Source: Phoronis australis
Taxonomy: Eukaryota; Animalia; Phoronida
NCBI GenBank assembly: GCA_002633005.1
Contig: NMRA01000063.1
Span: 255,415 to 319,414 of the forward strand
Direction of reading: 5' to 3'
Length of the DNA: 64,000 nucleotides
A model generated the notes under the pieces. The model made no database searches. It was not told the origin of the DNA and saw only the letters and a list, made by a program, of their open reading frames with translations. Of this stretch, positions 1-11,763 are shown one piece after another (the stretch's first letter is position 1; each line of letters opens with the position of its first letter). The translations under genes and the position numbers were made by a program.

Positions 1-1738
1 GTACACGACATCCACCTCCAGTTTGAGCAAGGGTACAACAAGAGATCCGTATTTTTAGAGATTGCGTCAGCTTTTGATGTCATTCCCCATGACCTGCTTC
101 TACATAAATTACAATCTTATAGTTTCTCAGGCACTCTCCTCTTACTTTTAAAATCATATCTGGAAAATTGAACTTACAAAGTCCGAATTGAGGGTGTCTT
201 ATCACCTTCATGATCAATGCCAGGTTTCGTAAACGCTAGAGTACCACAGGGTAGCGTACTAGGCCCCTTACTCTTTTTACTGTACATCAATGATCTTCCA
301 GACACGATAAACTCTAAAACATTCTTATATGCTGATAACACTGGAATTTTACACCCATTCTCAAAAGAGCATCCCCACGACTCCTTACAATTGCAAACTG
401 ACCTTAACAAACTCTCTGACTGGTCTCACAAATGGAAGATGAAATTTAAACCTGAAAAAAGTGTTGATCTTATATTTTTTACGTCTAATAATACTCATTT
501 CCAAACAAATCCAACTCTGGAATTATCACTCAATGGGGAAGTTATTCCCAATAAATTCACGCACAAACATCTTGGCTTGCTACTAGACCATAAGCTTACA
601 TTTACTCCTCATTGTCGTGAACTCGTTCAAAAAGTACTGTAACAAAAATTAATCCAATTAGAATTACCTCTCGTCATGTCAACTCCATGCATCTTGAAAC
701 TCTGTTCAAGTCTTTTGTACTTTCACATCTAGACTACTGTGACATAATCTACCAATCGGCAAACACTGGCATACTTCTTCAATTAGAAAGACTACAATAC
801 CAAGCAGCTTTAGCCATAACAGGGGCATACAAAGGGTCCAACACAATCGAGGTTCTAAATAGTCTCAACTGGAGCAAACTAGCAACCCCACGTAAACTCC
901 ATCTGTCCATGTATACATTCAAAGTCTTAACCAACATAAACAATTACTCTAACAAAATCCTCTTTGACTCCTACAAAAAGACCAAGCACGAGACCAGGAC
1001 TGCGGCAAAGTAATATGCACACTATTCCATCTTACATCAGCCAAGCCTTCAGGAGATCAACGATATTAACTTGTATTGACAACTGGAATTCCTTACCATT
1101 CAAAATTAAAGAAAGCACTTCAATCGTCACTCTCAAAAATAACTTTAAAATGCATACCACTACTCAAGACTTGCCAGTCCCATTGACATCATTCCAACTT
1201 CCTCGCAACCATGAAATAACCCTATACAGATCAAGATGCTGTCTATTCCTAAACAACGAGAAATTTAGACACAATTGTAATAATATTTCGCCTCTGTGTT
1301 CCTGTGGAGATACCCAGACATATCCTCATGTTTTCTTTGCTTGTGAGGTATGCAAGGAGCAGAGGGTACAGCTTTTCCAGACACTCGAACAATACCCCAA
1401 TGTTTACAAAAAATATTCTGAACTTCCGCAATTGTATAACAAAATTAATTTCTTTCTATATGGATGTCAAGAACTTAACTCAAATGAAAATAAGGTTTTA
1501 TTTGAAATAGTATCAGAATTTCTTTGTAACATTAAATCTCTTTGTGTGAGGGGATAGAATGTTATACATCTGAATGAAAATGAATTATTTACATTCATAG
1601 CCATATATTGTAATCTTTACATCAGTTTTTTATTTATGTATTTGTGTATAATAATTGTATATAGACTTCTTTGTATTTTTTTACCCAGATCTAATGCCTC
1701 TTGGCGCTTTCTGGGTTATGTATATTCATTGTATTCTG
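1..1738 (+). pseudogene. Decayed non-LTR retrotransposon (CR1/L2-group LINE): ORF2 RT and C-terminal region plus 3' UTR; its 3' tail continues at 5802-5831
   Basis: RT motifs SAFDVIPHDLLLHKL, VPQGSVLGPLLFLLYINDL and YADN (degenerate YADD); HKHLGLLLDHKLTF; SHLDYCDIIY; C-terminal CSC..H..C zinc knuckle. Broken by stops and frameshifts (ORFs 217-642, 687-1013, 964-1557). AATAAA and an A-rich tail follow the Penelope insertion at 5812-5831. Confidence 0.9.
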
Positions 1739-1877
1739 TTATACAGAATTTGTTGAATGCACGACACTTTTCATTGTTCACGGTCTTTATTCCGTTGCGT
1801 TCATACTTTCTGAACAAAACTCTACTCTCTACTGAACATAGATACAGTAACTGACCTAGCGACATAATTAAAAGACA

Positions 1878-1915
1878 CACGATATTTCGAAACATACTTG
1901 TTTCATTCTCAAGTG
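1878..1915 (-). ncRNA. Minimal type-I hammerhead ribozyme variant (U3/A8 core), pLTR copy 1
   Basis: CAC-UUGAGAA-U-GAAACA(AGUA)UGUUUC-GAAA-UAUC-GUG: core, perfect 6-bp helix II, GAAA, tiny helix III, AUC cleavage triplet. Confidence 0.7.
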
Positions 1916-2031
1916 AAGATAAAATGACGCAGTAATGCCACCACAGAGTATAAGCTGACGACACACACAGTGAGACACGGCGGGTGTGAAATACTGCAAA
2001 GAATGACTAATGAATTGGGGTAACAGGAAAG

Positions 2032-4464
2032 TCACGCAAACAAGTGTAACGTGCGGCGCGACCCTGTTTGCTGCTCATTCAAAATAGGCTTCTCAAAAGC
2101 AATTAAAAGGGACTCTAATACTTTCAAACGCAGCACATCTTGCTCCACGTAGCGAATTGACGTGTTTTCCACAATTTCTTGACGGGTGATTTTACGTGCG
2201 TGGTATTGCAGAAAATGATCTTGAATGGCGCCATTTTGAAGATGCATGGATAACCGACGGGAAAGACTGCAAACCGTTTGACCAATGTAACATTGTTTGA
2301 CGTTTGAACGAAGACATTCGTTCATAGGGCATACAAATTCATAAACAACACTACACTGTGCAACGGGGCGGACTTTCGCTTTAGAAATGTTATTTTTCAT
2401 GACCAAGTTGGAGGACTTCCTATTCCGATAATAAATAATAACATCAAGGTAATCATCAGGCTTACAAACTTTAACGTTGTCCCTTATGATTTTCTTAATG
2501 GCGTGTTCGTCCTGGAGGTAATTATTAGACATGACATTTTTGTAAAATATCTTTTTGGTGACACCAGTCCGACGTGCAGGGACTTCATAGCTAATTGTGG
2601 ACATAAATCGCTTAATATGGAAGTCCACGAAAGCATTGGTATACCCATTATTCACCAGTGTTTGTCTTATGCGATCTACCTCTTGATTGAACAATAGCCA
2701 GTTAGACGACACCGAATACGCCCTCTTTAGGAAGTTGACCACAACGGCGACCTTATACCGCTCAGGGCACTCACTTTTGGCGTGGAGACAGAAACCTTTA
2801 TCAGTGGGCTTGTGGTAAACTGATGTAGAAAATTCAGACGGAGAATGGTTCACAAGAACGTCCAAAAACGGAATCTTGTCATTTACAGGAAGCTCGTGGG
2901 TAAACTTCAATACAGAGTGGCGCTCAAGTTCATCACGTACTGATAACAAGTCATCAAAGGCACAATAAACAAAAATATCATCTACATAACGTACATAGAT
3001 AGGAATACCACCAATCACATTGCTAGCCCTCTTTTCCACTTCAGACATATAAAATTCCGAGAAAGTGGGACCCAGAGGAGAGCCCATGCTCACACCATCT
3101 TTTTGCAAAAACAATTTCCCATTTATATGGCGAAATGGTACTTTGGTTGTGCAGATGGTTAACAACTCTCTCATATGAGTAGGTGAAATGTCGGGTGGCT
3201 TTAAATGTGGGTGACGATATACATTATCCAAAATGATAGTAATGGTCTCATCCACCGGTACGTTGGTGAACAAAGACTCAGCGTCAAGCGACATAGGTTG
3301 GTAGTGGGGGGATGGCACTTGTGTGCGCAAAATGTCAATGAAATCCTCAGGACATTTAATGGAGTAACGGCTCTGAATGTACGGCTTTATGATTTTATCA
3401 AGATGCTTCGCTGTCTTGTACGTGGGCGTCAGGACTTGGGATATTATCGGCCGTAGAGGAACATCTTTTTTGTGTATTTTAGGGTTACCATAGAGATAAC
3501 CTTCGGAGTAATCACCTTCGATTTCAGAGAAAATGCGACGACCAGCCTCAGCATTTATAGCCCTAATGTGACGATTCAATTCACGTTTAAGGTCAATGAG
3601 GGGTGACCGACTAATGGTGGTAAACTTGGAAGGGTCACATATTAATAGACTAAGTTTATCGGAATAGTCATCTTTGTTTAAAATAACATACTGGGCAGAC
3701 TTGTCGGCGCGGTGAATAACAATACCATCATTATTCTTGAGGTGTTTAGAAGCATCTAGTAGTCGGCTGGAGAGAGCACATCGATGATTTTTGCTGCAAC
3801 ACTTAGTGCCTTCTGAGCGAAGCTGTTCTCGTATATTAGGGTTGACACTGAGGAAACCATCACCTTTTAGTCGTAAAATATCATTATACAGATTTTCCAA
3901 CTCAACTTTCTTGCGGTAGGTGTCAAACTTGGGTCTAACATGAAAATTAATACCCAGTGCGAGAAAGTCCTTTTCTGCAGCGTCCAAATCATAGTCAGAC
4001 AGGTTCACATACGTATCATGTTCCTCTGGTAGTTTAACGTCACTCTGGTAGAGACTGCGCAGTTTCTTCATGAGATTCTTCTGAGACGTGAGCTCATGTT
4101 TCGCTATGTTCTCATGGATACGCTTGAAAATTAGATCAACGAGGTCAGATCGCATTCCCGATTTCTGAATGTCAGAGAGGATTTCCGTGCGATTGTTACG
4201 TAGCTCATCACGAGTTTTATCTGCACGGTCGAGCTCACGTTGGACAAGCTTGCGCCTGTAGTCCCATGTGAACTGTTCGTTATCAGCTGCCCGGTCGTGT
4301 AACTTGAACTGTCTGTACTTCGGGAGCAAGTTTTCTGTTATACAGAATTTGTTGAATGCACGACACTTTTCATTGTTCACGGTCTTTATTCCGTTGCGTT
4401 CATACTTTCTGAACAAAACTCTACTCTCTTCTGAACATAGATACAGTAACTGACCTAGCGACAT
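2032..4464 (-). CDS. Penelope-like reverse transcriptase + GIY-YIG endonuclease, uninterrupted (810 aa from the ATG of MSLGQLL)
   Basis: ADKS, LYGNPKIHK..PLRPIIS, SLDAESLFTNVP, QKDGVSMGSPLGP, YVRYVDD, VYHKPT; GIY-YIG VVYEFVC...CYIGQT...RLSMH...E...LN. The ORF track start at 4563 is not an ATG; an upstream in-frame ATG also exists near 4494, inside the ribozyme. Confidence 0.93.
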   Translation of the reverse strand: MSLGQLLYLCSEESRVLFRKYERNGIKTVNNEKCRAFNKFCITENLLPKYRQFKLHDRAADNEQFTWDYRRKLVQRELDRADKTRDELRNNRTEILSDIQKSGMRSDLVDLIFKRIHENIAKHELTSQKNLMKKLRSLYQSDVKLPEEHDTYVNLSDYDLDAAEKDFLALGINFHVRPKFDTYRKKVELENLYNDILRLKGDGFLSVNPNIREQLRSEGTKCCSKNHRCALSSRLLDASKHLKNNDGIVIHRADKSAQYVILNKDDYSDKLSLLICDPSKFTTISRSPLIDLKRELNRHIRAINAEAGRRIFSEIEGDYSEGYLYGNPKIHKKDVPLRPIISQVLTPTYKTAKHLDKIIKPYIQSRYSIKCPEDFIDILRTQVPSPHYQPMSLDAESLFTNVPVDETITIILDNVYRHPHLKPPDISPTHMRELLTICTTKVPFRHINGKLFLQKDGVSMGSPLGPTFSEFYMSEVEKRASNVIGGIPIYVRYVDDIFVYCAFDDLLSVRDELERHSVLKFTHELPVNDKIPFLDVLVNHSPSEFSTSVYHKPTDKGFCLHAKSECPERYKVAVVVNFLKRAYSVSSNWLLFNQEVDRIRQTLVNNGYTNAFVDFHIKRFMSTISYEVPARRTGVTKKIFYKNVMSNNYLQDEHAIKKIIRDNVKVCKPDDYLDVIIYYRNRKSSNLVMKNNISKAKVRPVAQCSVVYEFVCPMNECLRSNVKQCYIGQTVCSLSRRLSMHLQNGAIQDHFLQYHARKITRQEIVENTSIRYVEQDVLRLKVLESLLIAFEKPILNEQQTGSRRTLHLFA

Positions 4465-4476
4465 AATTAAAAGATA

Positions 4477-4514
4477 CACGATATTTCGAAACATACATGT
4501 TTCATTCTCAAGTG
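4477..4514 (-). ncRNA. Minimal hammerhead ribozyme variant, pLTR copy 2, just upstream of the likely ORF start
   Basis: Same motif; only the helix II loop differs (UGUA). Confidence 0.7.
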
Positions 4515-4876
4515 AAGATAAAATGACGCAGTAATGCCACCACAGAGTATAAGCTGACAACACACACAGTGAGACACGGCGGGTGTGAAATACTGCAAAG
4601 AATGACTAATGAATTGGGGTAACAGGAAAGTCACGCAAACAAGTGTAACGTGCCGCGCGACCCTGTTTGCTGCTCATTCAAAATAGGCTTCTCAAAAGCA
4701 ATTAAAAGGGACTCTAATACTTTCAAACGCAGCACATCTTGCTCCACGTAGCGAATTGACGTGTTTTCCACAATTTCTTGACGGGTGATTTTACGTGCGT
4801 GGTATTGCAGAAAATGATCTTGAATGGCGCCATTTTGAAGATGCATGGATAACCGACGGGAAAGACTGCAAACCGT

Positions 4877-5470
4877 TTGACCAATATTAAGCGATTTATG
4901 TCCAGAATTAGCTATGAAGTCCCTGCATGTCGGACTGGTGTCACCAAAAAGATATTTTACAAAAATGTCATGTCCAATAATTACCTCCAGGACAAACACG
5001 CCATTAAGAAAATCATAAGGGACAACGTTAAAGTTTGTAAGCCTGATGATTACCTTGATGTTATTATTTATTATCGGAATAGGAAGTCCTCAAACTTGGT
5101 CATGAAAAATAACATTTCTAAAGCGAAAGTCCGCCCCGTTGCACAGTGTAGTGTTGTTTATGAATTTGTATGCCCTATGAACGAATGTCTTCGTTCAAAC
5201 GTCAAACAATGTTACATTGGTCAAACGGTTTGCAGTCTTTCCCGTCGGTTATCCATGCATCTTCAAAATGGCGCCATTCAAGATCATTTTCTGCAATACC
5301 ACGCACGTAAAATCACCCGTCAAGAAATTGTGGAAAACACGTCAATTCGCTACGTGGAGCAAGATGTGCTGCGTTTGAAAGTATTAGAGTCCCTTTTAAT
5401 TGCTTTTGAGAAGCCTATTTTGAATGAGCAGCAAACAGGGTCGCGCCGCACGTTACACTTGTTTGCGTGA
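4877..5470 (+). pseudogene. Inverted duplicate of the Penelope ORF 3' end (GIY-YIG domain)
   Basis: Near-identical to the C-terminal ~195 aa of the 2032-4464 ORF; begins at the inversion junction. Confidence 0.9.
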
Positions 5471-5586
5471 CTTTCCTGTTACCCCAATTCATTAGTCATT
5501 CTTTGCAATATTTCACACCTGCCGTGTCTCACTGTGTGTGTCGTCAGCTTATACTCTGTGGTGGCATTACTGCGTCATTTTATCTT

Positions 5587-5624
5587 CACTTGAGAATGAA
5601 ACAAGTATGTTTCGAAATATCGTG
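5587..5624 (+). ncRNA. Minimal hammerhead ribozyme variant in the inverted pLTR (+ strand, the MTTP sense strand)
   Basis: cacTTGAGAAtgaaacaagtatgtttcGAAAtatcgtg. Confidence 0.7.
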
Positions 5625-5831
5625 TGTCTTTTAATTATGTCGCTAGGTCAGTTTCTGTATCTATGTTCAGTAGAGAGTAGAGTTTTGTTCAGAAAGTATG
5701 AACGCAACGGAATAAAGACCGTGAACAATGAAAAGTGTCGTGCATTCAACAAATTCTGTATAACAGAAAACTTGCTCCCGAAGTACAGTCATTGTATTCT
5801 GAAGATTTCGTAATAAACATTAAAAAAATAA

Positions 5832-6092
5832 CTAGTAGAGCGTCCACACACACGTCCTATGATAAGTCGAGCGTCCACACCCACACACACACACAAATCC
5901 TATAACTAAGTGGAGCGTCCATGCCCACACACACACAAATCCTATAACTAAATGTAGCGTCCATGCCCATGCACACATCCTATAACTAGTGGAGCGTCCA
6001 CACACACACACACACAAATCCTATAACTAAATGGAGCGTCCATGCCCACGCACACATCCTATAACTAGTGGAGCGTCCACACACACACACCC
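5832..6092. repeat. Minisatellite, ~45-bp unit with CA runs
   Basis: About 6 copies of TCCTATAACTA(A)GTGGAGCGTCCA(CA)n. Confidence 0.85.
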
Positions 6093-7799
6093 CCATCCAA
6101 TACTAGTGGTCCTAAACTGAAGAATGTTTTCCATAATAAAGATATGGCGACCACTAAACTTGAGTATACTCCAGACGTATTGAGACTCAGAAAATGTTCT
6201 CGAGTTGGCACGGAAGTTGCTTGAAACTTAGCGCCATCTGGAATTCAATCAATGTAGTTGAAGTTTTCCAGAAAGGAGGTGTGAAAAAGGTCATTGTTGT
6301 CTATGCATTTTTGAATAAAGAAGTGCGAGTTTTTCAAATAAATATTAACTTTGAAAACCATTCCTCATACTGATTGCAATTTTACTAAGTATACTTAGCT
6401 GTGTTTATAAGTTATCAAACTGTGAATTTAAGGTTTTATATGTACTTTATATTAAGCCCTTTTTCAGTTGTGTGCTATGTAGTAGTCTTGGAATTTTCAA
6501 ATGATTGTCCCAAGTGTGCACAAGATTTTACTTGGGAATTATTGCAGGTTATGTTTCCTTCACTACTATTTAGAAAACTCAGAGTGCACAAAAGTTTATC
6601 AAGTACTTATGGTTGAGTATGTTTTTGGTGGTCTCTGAAACATGTGAAATTACTCAGTCTGTGTAGTTTTTCCATTGTCAAGTAATTTCACTCACTGAGT
6701 CAAGTTTGGTGGTTGGGGGCCTCAAAATTAATTGTTCTTCGAGTTTTCTTGAAAATATTGAGCCATCACATTTTAACAGGAAGACCTATGATAATGACAT
6801 TGTTAAGGTTATGCAAAACGTCTGGAAAACTGCAGATTTAACTCTCTAAAAGTATATATTTTCTGAAGGTGGAAAGACTGTAGAATTTTGATTTTTGACT
6901 TTTTACCAATCTTTTATTAATTGGGTCACATGACCATGTCTTTTCAGCAACATTTACCAAAAAATAAAGGTATATTGATAGCAAAAACAGTATCAATAAC
7001 ATGATCAAATTTTATTTCAAAGATATGTTCAAGGTGAAATGATCAGAAACATTGTTACAGTTTTCCAAAATATGATTTTGTTTTCGTTTTATGCAACTTT
7101 AAGTATTTTTAATCAAAATCATAATAAAAGTCCTATTTTTTAATAGCCTCTCGTGCAAAAGTGGAATGTTTTAAAAAGAATTCATGACAGCATTTTTGAA
7201 AACAGTACACAAAAAGTAGCACCATATCTAAAACTTTCATGTGAATCCACTAGTCGGCCATTACTGAGATATGCAGCAGCCAAGTTGGGGGTCTTTTTCA
7301 TTTTTTAAAGGCTAGTAACGTTGCTGCGATTGTCTACAATTTCTCAGAATCACTCTCTGATAGTAGCTATGTTGTTGGTCTTCATTTATTTGATGTCATT
7401 ATCTTTTTTTAGTTGAAAACTGTTGTTTCCTAAATTAGTCAAATTTTATTGTAGTTGGATTTTTTTAGACCTTAGCCTTTATTTTTCTTCTTAGTTCACA
7501 CAGATAAGAGGATAATTTATTATGGGGCACTGAAGCTGACAAAAAAATTCTGAAGTTTAAATGCTATTACGTCATTATCAAGTTGTCAAGCAGTAGTCTG
7601 AACCATTGCAGCTGAAACAGTCACACTAGTCCAGTTTCATATATCTTAGAATAATTCTTCACCAATATGGTGGAAAATATTGTTTTGTCAATTTTGCTTG
7701 TAGTCTTTGAAACAAGTAGCACAAAAATAGTTGTGACTATTTGTTTTAAGTTTGTTTTAAATGAAGGTTTTAACCCCTTAGTTTTGCTTCAGTGTTCAT

Positions 7800-8113
7800 A
7801 AGTTGGATAAATATCAGACTTGTGAGATTAAAATTGGATAAATATCTGACTTGTGAGATTAAAGTTGGATAAATATCAGACTTGTGAGATTAAAATTGGA
7901 TAAATATCAGACTTGTGAGATTAAAATTGGATACATATCAGACTTGTGAGATTAAAATTGGATAAATATCAGACTAGTTAGATTAAAATTGGATAAATAT
8001 CAGGCTTGTGAGATTAAAATAGGATAAGTATCAGGCTTGTGAGATTAAAATTAGATACATATCAGACTTGTGAGATTAAAATTAGATAAATATCAGGCTT
8101 GTGAGATTAAAAT
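7800..8113. repeat. 31-bp tandem repeat, ~10 copies
   Basis: AAATTGGATAAATATCAGACTTGTGAGATTA. Confidence 0.95.
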
Positions 8114-11100
8114 TAAGTTGTAACCCTGACTGTAATATCGCAGGTAGCAGATATTGTGAACATACTTAAAGGAGAGTGCCACCCGATTTAATTAATCTTT
8201 TTAACCTTCTTAATCGGTCTATATCCACATCGCCTTACATAAGGTCGACCTTACCTTGCCGAGAGGTGTCGCGTTAACTTGTGAGGAAGGTGAGAAACGA
8301 TGCAGCGACATCAGTGGTTCATCTGCAGAGTGAATGCCGCTAGGATGCGGTGAATCATTCCCGCTTGTCCGAACTATGAAGTTGCGAGGAAAGCGGTTAT
8401 ATCATTTTATAGGCTTCCTTGAGAGCCTGAATTGCTTAGGAAGCGGCTCGCGGTAGTGAAGAATGAAAAGTAAGCTGTTAATAGCAAGTATGAGGCCGCA
8501 AAACATCTCTGTGTCTATGGCTGGCATTTCGTCGACAGTGATTTCTCTGTTGAATGCCGGCTTACCAAAGAGCTATCCATACGTTCTGTTGCCTGTGCAT
8601 ATTCAGGGCGCCTCTCTAGTATTTCTTGATCAGTGTATTCCGGTTCGATCTGTTAGCCTGTGAAATCGAACGATCCACCCGTGAAGTCTTCGTCGGATGA
8701 GCACTCGTCCAAGTCCGGGGATTGCGATTTGCCATGTTGACGTTTATTATTCTGCGTTCTGTTTCAAAATGAATTATTCTCACCCTAACCAATGCTTATA
8801 TAAAACTGAAACAAAATCTGTCTACTTAGAAACAATTTGTAATGTCTTTGGAGTATTCGTGAGTGCAAATGTTTTGCGAAGCCAGCATTGAATAAACCAC
8901 TGCGTTACTGGCTTTAGATGCAATAAAGGTAATTGACCGGGCACCGAAGCCTTATGAGCGCATGCTAATTCAGTGTTTGCTGACAGAAAGCTGTTGTGAA
9001 ACAGTATCTCGATTTTTAGATGCTATGGTCACATGTTAGGGGTTCGAATCTTTATTTAGATATACAAATACATTATTCAAATCATTGTTACTGTACAACT
9101 TTTGCACTGACGGTTTTGTGGCCCCGCGGAACTGGAGGAACCTGACTTCGCAGCACCTGACAAGTATGTAGATTTTCAGTTTCATGTCTAATTCACCAAA
9201 ATAATTATGTGAACATTATTTCTTTGACTCACTATTATAGTCTTTTCGTGACTGGAGGTTTTGTTTCGAACTTAAGCTGATTTATGTTCGTGATGTCCAG
9301 TTCCGGCGGCCGCGATGGGCTTGATCGGGTTCCGAGCCACTGTGTGGGATAAGCATTTTGTTTGTTTAGAACCAAAAAAATCACAAGACTAAAAGTACAA
9401 CACACAGCTATGTGTCTGTATTTCACGGAAGAATGATTCGAATTTATCACCAAACAGACCCAAACTTCCGAGAGCGACGATGGTAAATTGGCTTAGTGAA
9501 CTCTGTAGGCAACGGTACGTTCAAATACCTATAAATCTGTAACAGTGAAATAAAACAACACATTTGTTCAAGAACTCAATGTATTTGTAAGGGTTTTACA
9601 TCTAGTTACTTGGCGAAATTTCGCCAAGTATGTTGGTCTTCCATCAATTTTTTTTTGTGATTGTTCGCTCTCTACAGGTCGCATTTTTCGTCCAATTTTT
9701 ACAAAATTTGCACACAACATGTATATTCGGAAGTACTGGAACGCTATTGTTTTTGGTCTTGATCGAATACAAAATGGCGGACGTGGCGGCCATTTTGTAT
9801 CCGATTTCACATTCAAATGCTTGTAGAGGCTGCATTTTTCGACGTACAGGGCTGAAACGTGGTACGATTATTGAAGAACACATGTGCTACAACTGTGCCG
9901 AAAGTCGTTGACTTCCGGTCAAAGATGGTGGAAATATTGGAAGTGGCGCATGCGCACCCCGATATCTGGCCAAAAACATTTTGCATTTGCAAACCAATCA
10001 GTTTGAAACTGGTCACGTGTTTGTTGCTATTAATAAGCTTTTATGAAATTTTGTTTAACCGGAAGTCAGTTTCAAGATGGCGGCTGTGGCGCATGTTCAC
10101 ACGTTTTCAATCGTTCTGCGGTCGCGTTTTTACGGGAAGAGCAAAGGACGTGAATTTTTGCATGTGGATTCCTTGAAGTATTCTCTTTCAAAAAGTCTGG
10201 GACAGCGTATTTCTCAGACATACCGTTTTCGAGTTATTTGACTTTGAATTTCAAAAAAAAACTGCAAAATTTCAATTTTTTCCAAAAAGTTGTGGAATGT
10301 TGCGAAACGTTCAAGTAAGATGAATGGGCTTTCAGAAGATATTTGCCATTTTTCGCTACGACGTCTACTTTTTGAATTATTCGAGATTTTCTGTTCGTTT
10401 GGTCTCTGTTGCATTGCCAATGCAAGCACTCGCAGCTGGCCGGCTCTCTTGTTTTGGTTATGCCTGTAAAAGTTGACCTTGAATGACCCAGCTAGCATCG
10501 TCCGACTGTAGACTGGTTTGTTGACCCCGAATGACCCACCTTGCACTGTTCCTTGGATTGTTCTTGCTGCTCTGATGTAGGTTTAGCTTTGTTGAGCTGT
10601 GTCCGTTATGTTGCACCATCTATTGTTCTTTTATTTTGATTAAATGTTCTCTTGTCTTGCCATGTATATTAACCGATCAGAAATCTGTACAGTTCGATAG
10701 AGTTATAAACGGGCTTTCATAAGATGTTTTTCATTTCTCGCTAGTCTTCATGATCGTCGTCGTCATCCTCCCCATCGTCCTGTTTTCACGTAATTTCGCC
10801 AAGTGTCACTCCTCCGAGCGCTCTCGTACTGTTACCAGTGTACCTGGTGTGTGAACAAGACTGCAGGCTATTTCTTACTGATTTGTCACAATCTCCGCCT
10901 TCAGCATCATGATCGTCATCGTCATCCTCCCTATCGTCCTGTTTTCGCGTAATTTCGCCAAGTGTCACTCCTCCTAGCGCTATCGTTTTTTTTGTTTGTT
11001 CGCATGATACAGGTCGCAATTTTCGTCCGATCATCACGAAATTTACACATAACACGTATTTCCGGAAGTACTGGAAGCCTGTTGTTTTTCGTCATAATCG

Positions 11101-11763
11101 GATCCAAGATGGCGAAATTCAAAGGCTTCTTGAGGCTTCAATTTTACGTACAGAGTTGAAAATTGGCACATTTAATGGACCGGATGTGTACTACCTCTAT
11201 ACCGGAAATTGTTCACTTCCGTTTAAAGATGGCGGAAATATTGGCACTCGCGCATGCACACCTCGAATTCGGGAAAAAACGTTTTCTCCTGTAGAGGGCG
11301 CATTATAGGGCCAATTCCTTCGAATTTTTCAGATATTAGTTTTTTATGACATACTATTATATAAAGCCTAAAAATTGGAAGTTGCTTTCAAGATGGCGGA
11401 TCTGGCACATGTTGATCCATTTTCAGTTGTTCTGAGGTGCCATTTAAACGGGAGGAGGAAATGACGTGAATTTTTGCATTTGGATTGTCTGAGGTATATT
11501 CTTTCAAAAGAACTGTAACAATTTTTTCTCAGACTTGCCGTTTTCAAGTTATTTGACTTTGAATTTCTTTAAAAAAACGCAAAATTTCATTTTTTTCGAA
11601 AAATTTACGGAAGTGCGTGATAATATCAATTTAAATAGAGTTTTGAACGGGCTTTCGGATGTCTTTCATTTTTCGTTAGGACGTCTACTTTTTGAATTAT
11701 TCGAGATTTTCTGATAACGCTGTTCCTTTGTTGAGCGCTCCTGCTGCATTGATGTTGGTTCAG

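Larger units (their letters stand above)
1739..5788 (-). mobile_element. Penelope-like retroelement with direct pseudo-LTRs and an inverted copy
   Basis: RT + GIY-YIG ORF. 553-bp direct repeat 1734-2286 / 4333-4885. Inverted copy 4884-5788. 13-bp TSD TCATTGTATTCTG at 1726-1738 and 5789-5801. Confidence 0.95.

Noticed and set aside
6104-7750. AT-rich stretch resembling a DNA transposon remnant
   Set aside because: No convincing TIR pair or TSD found.
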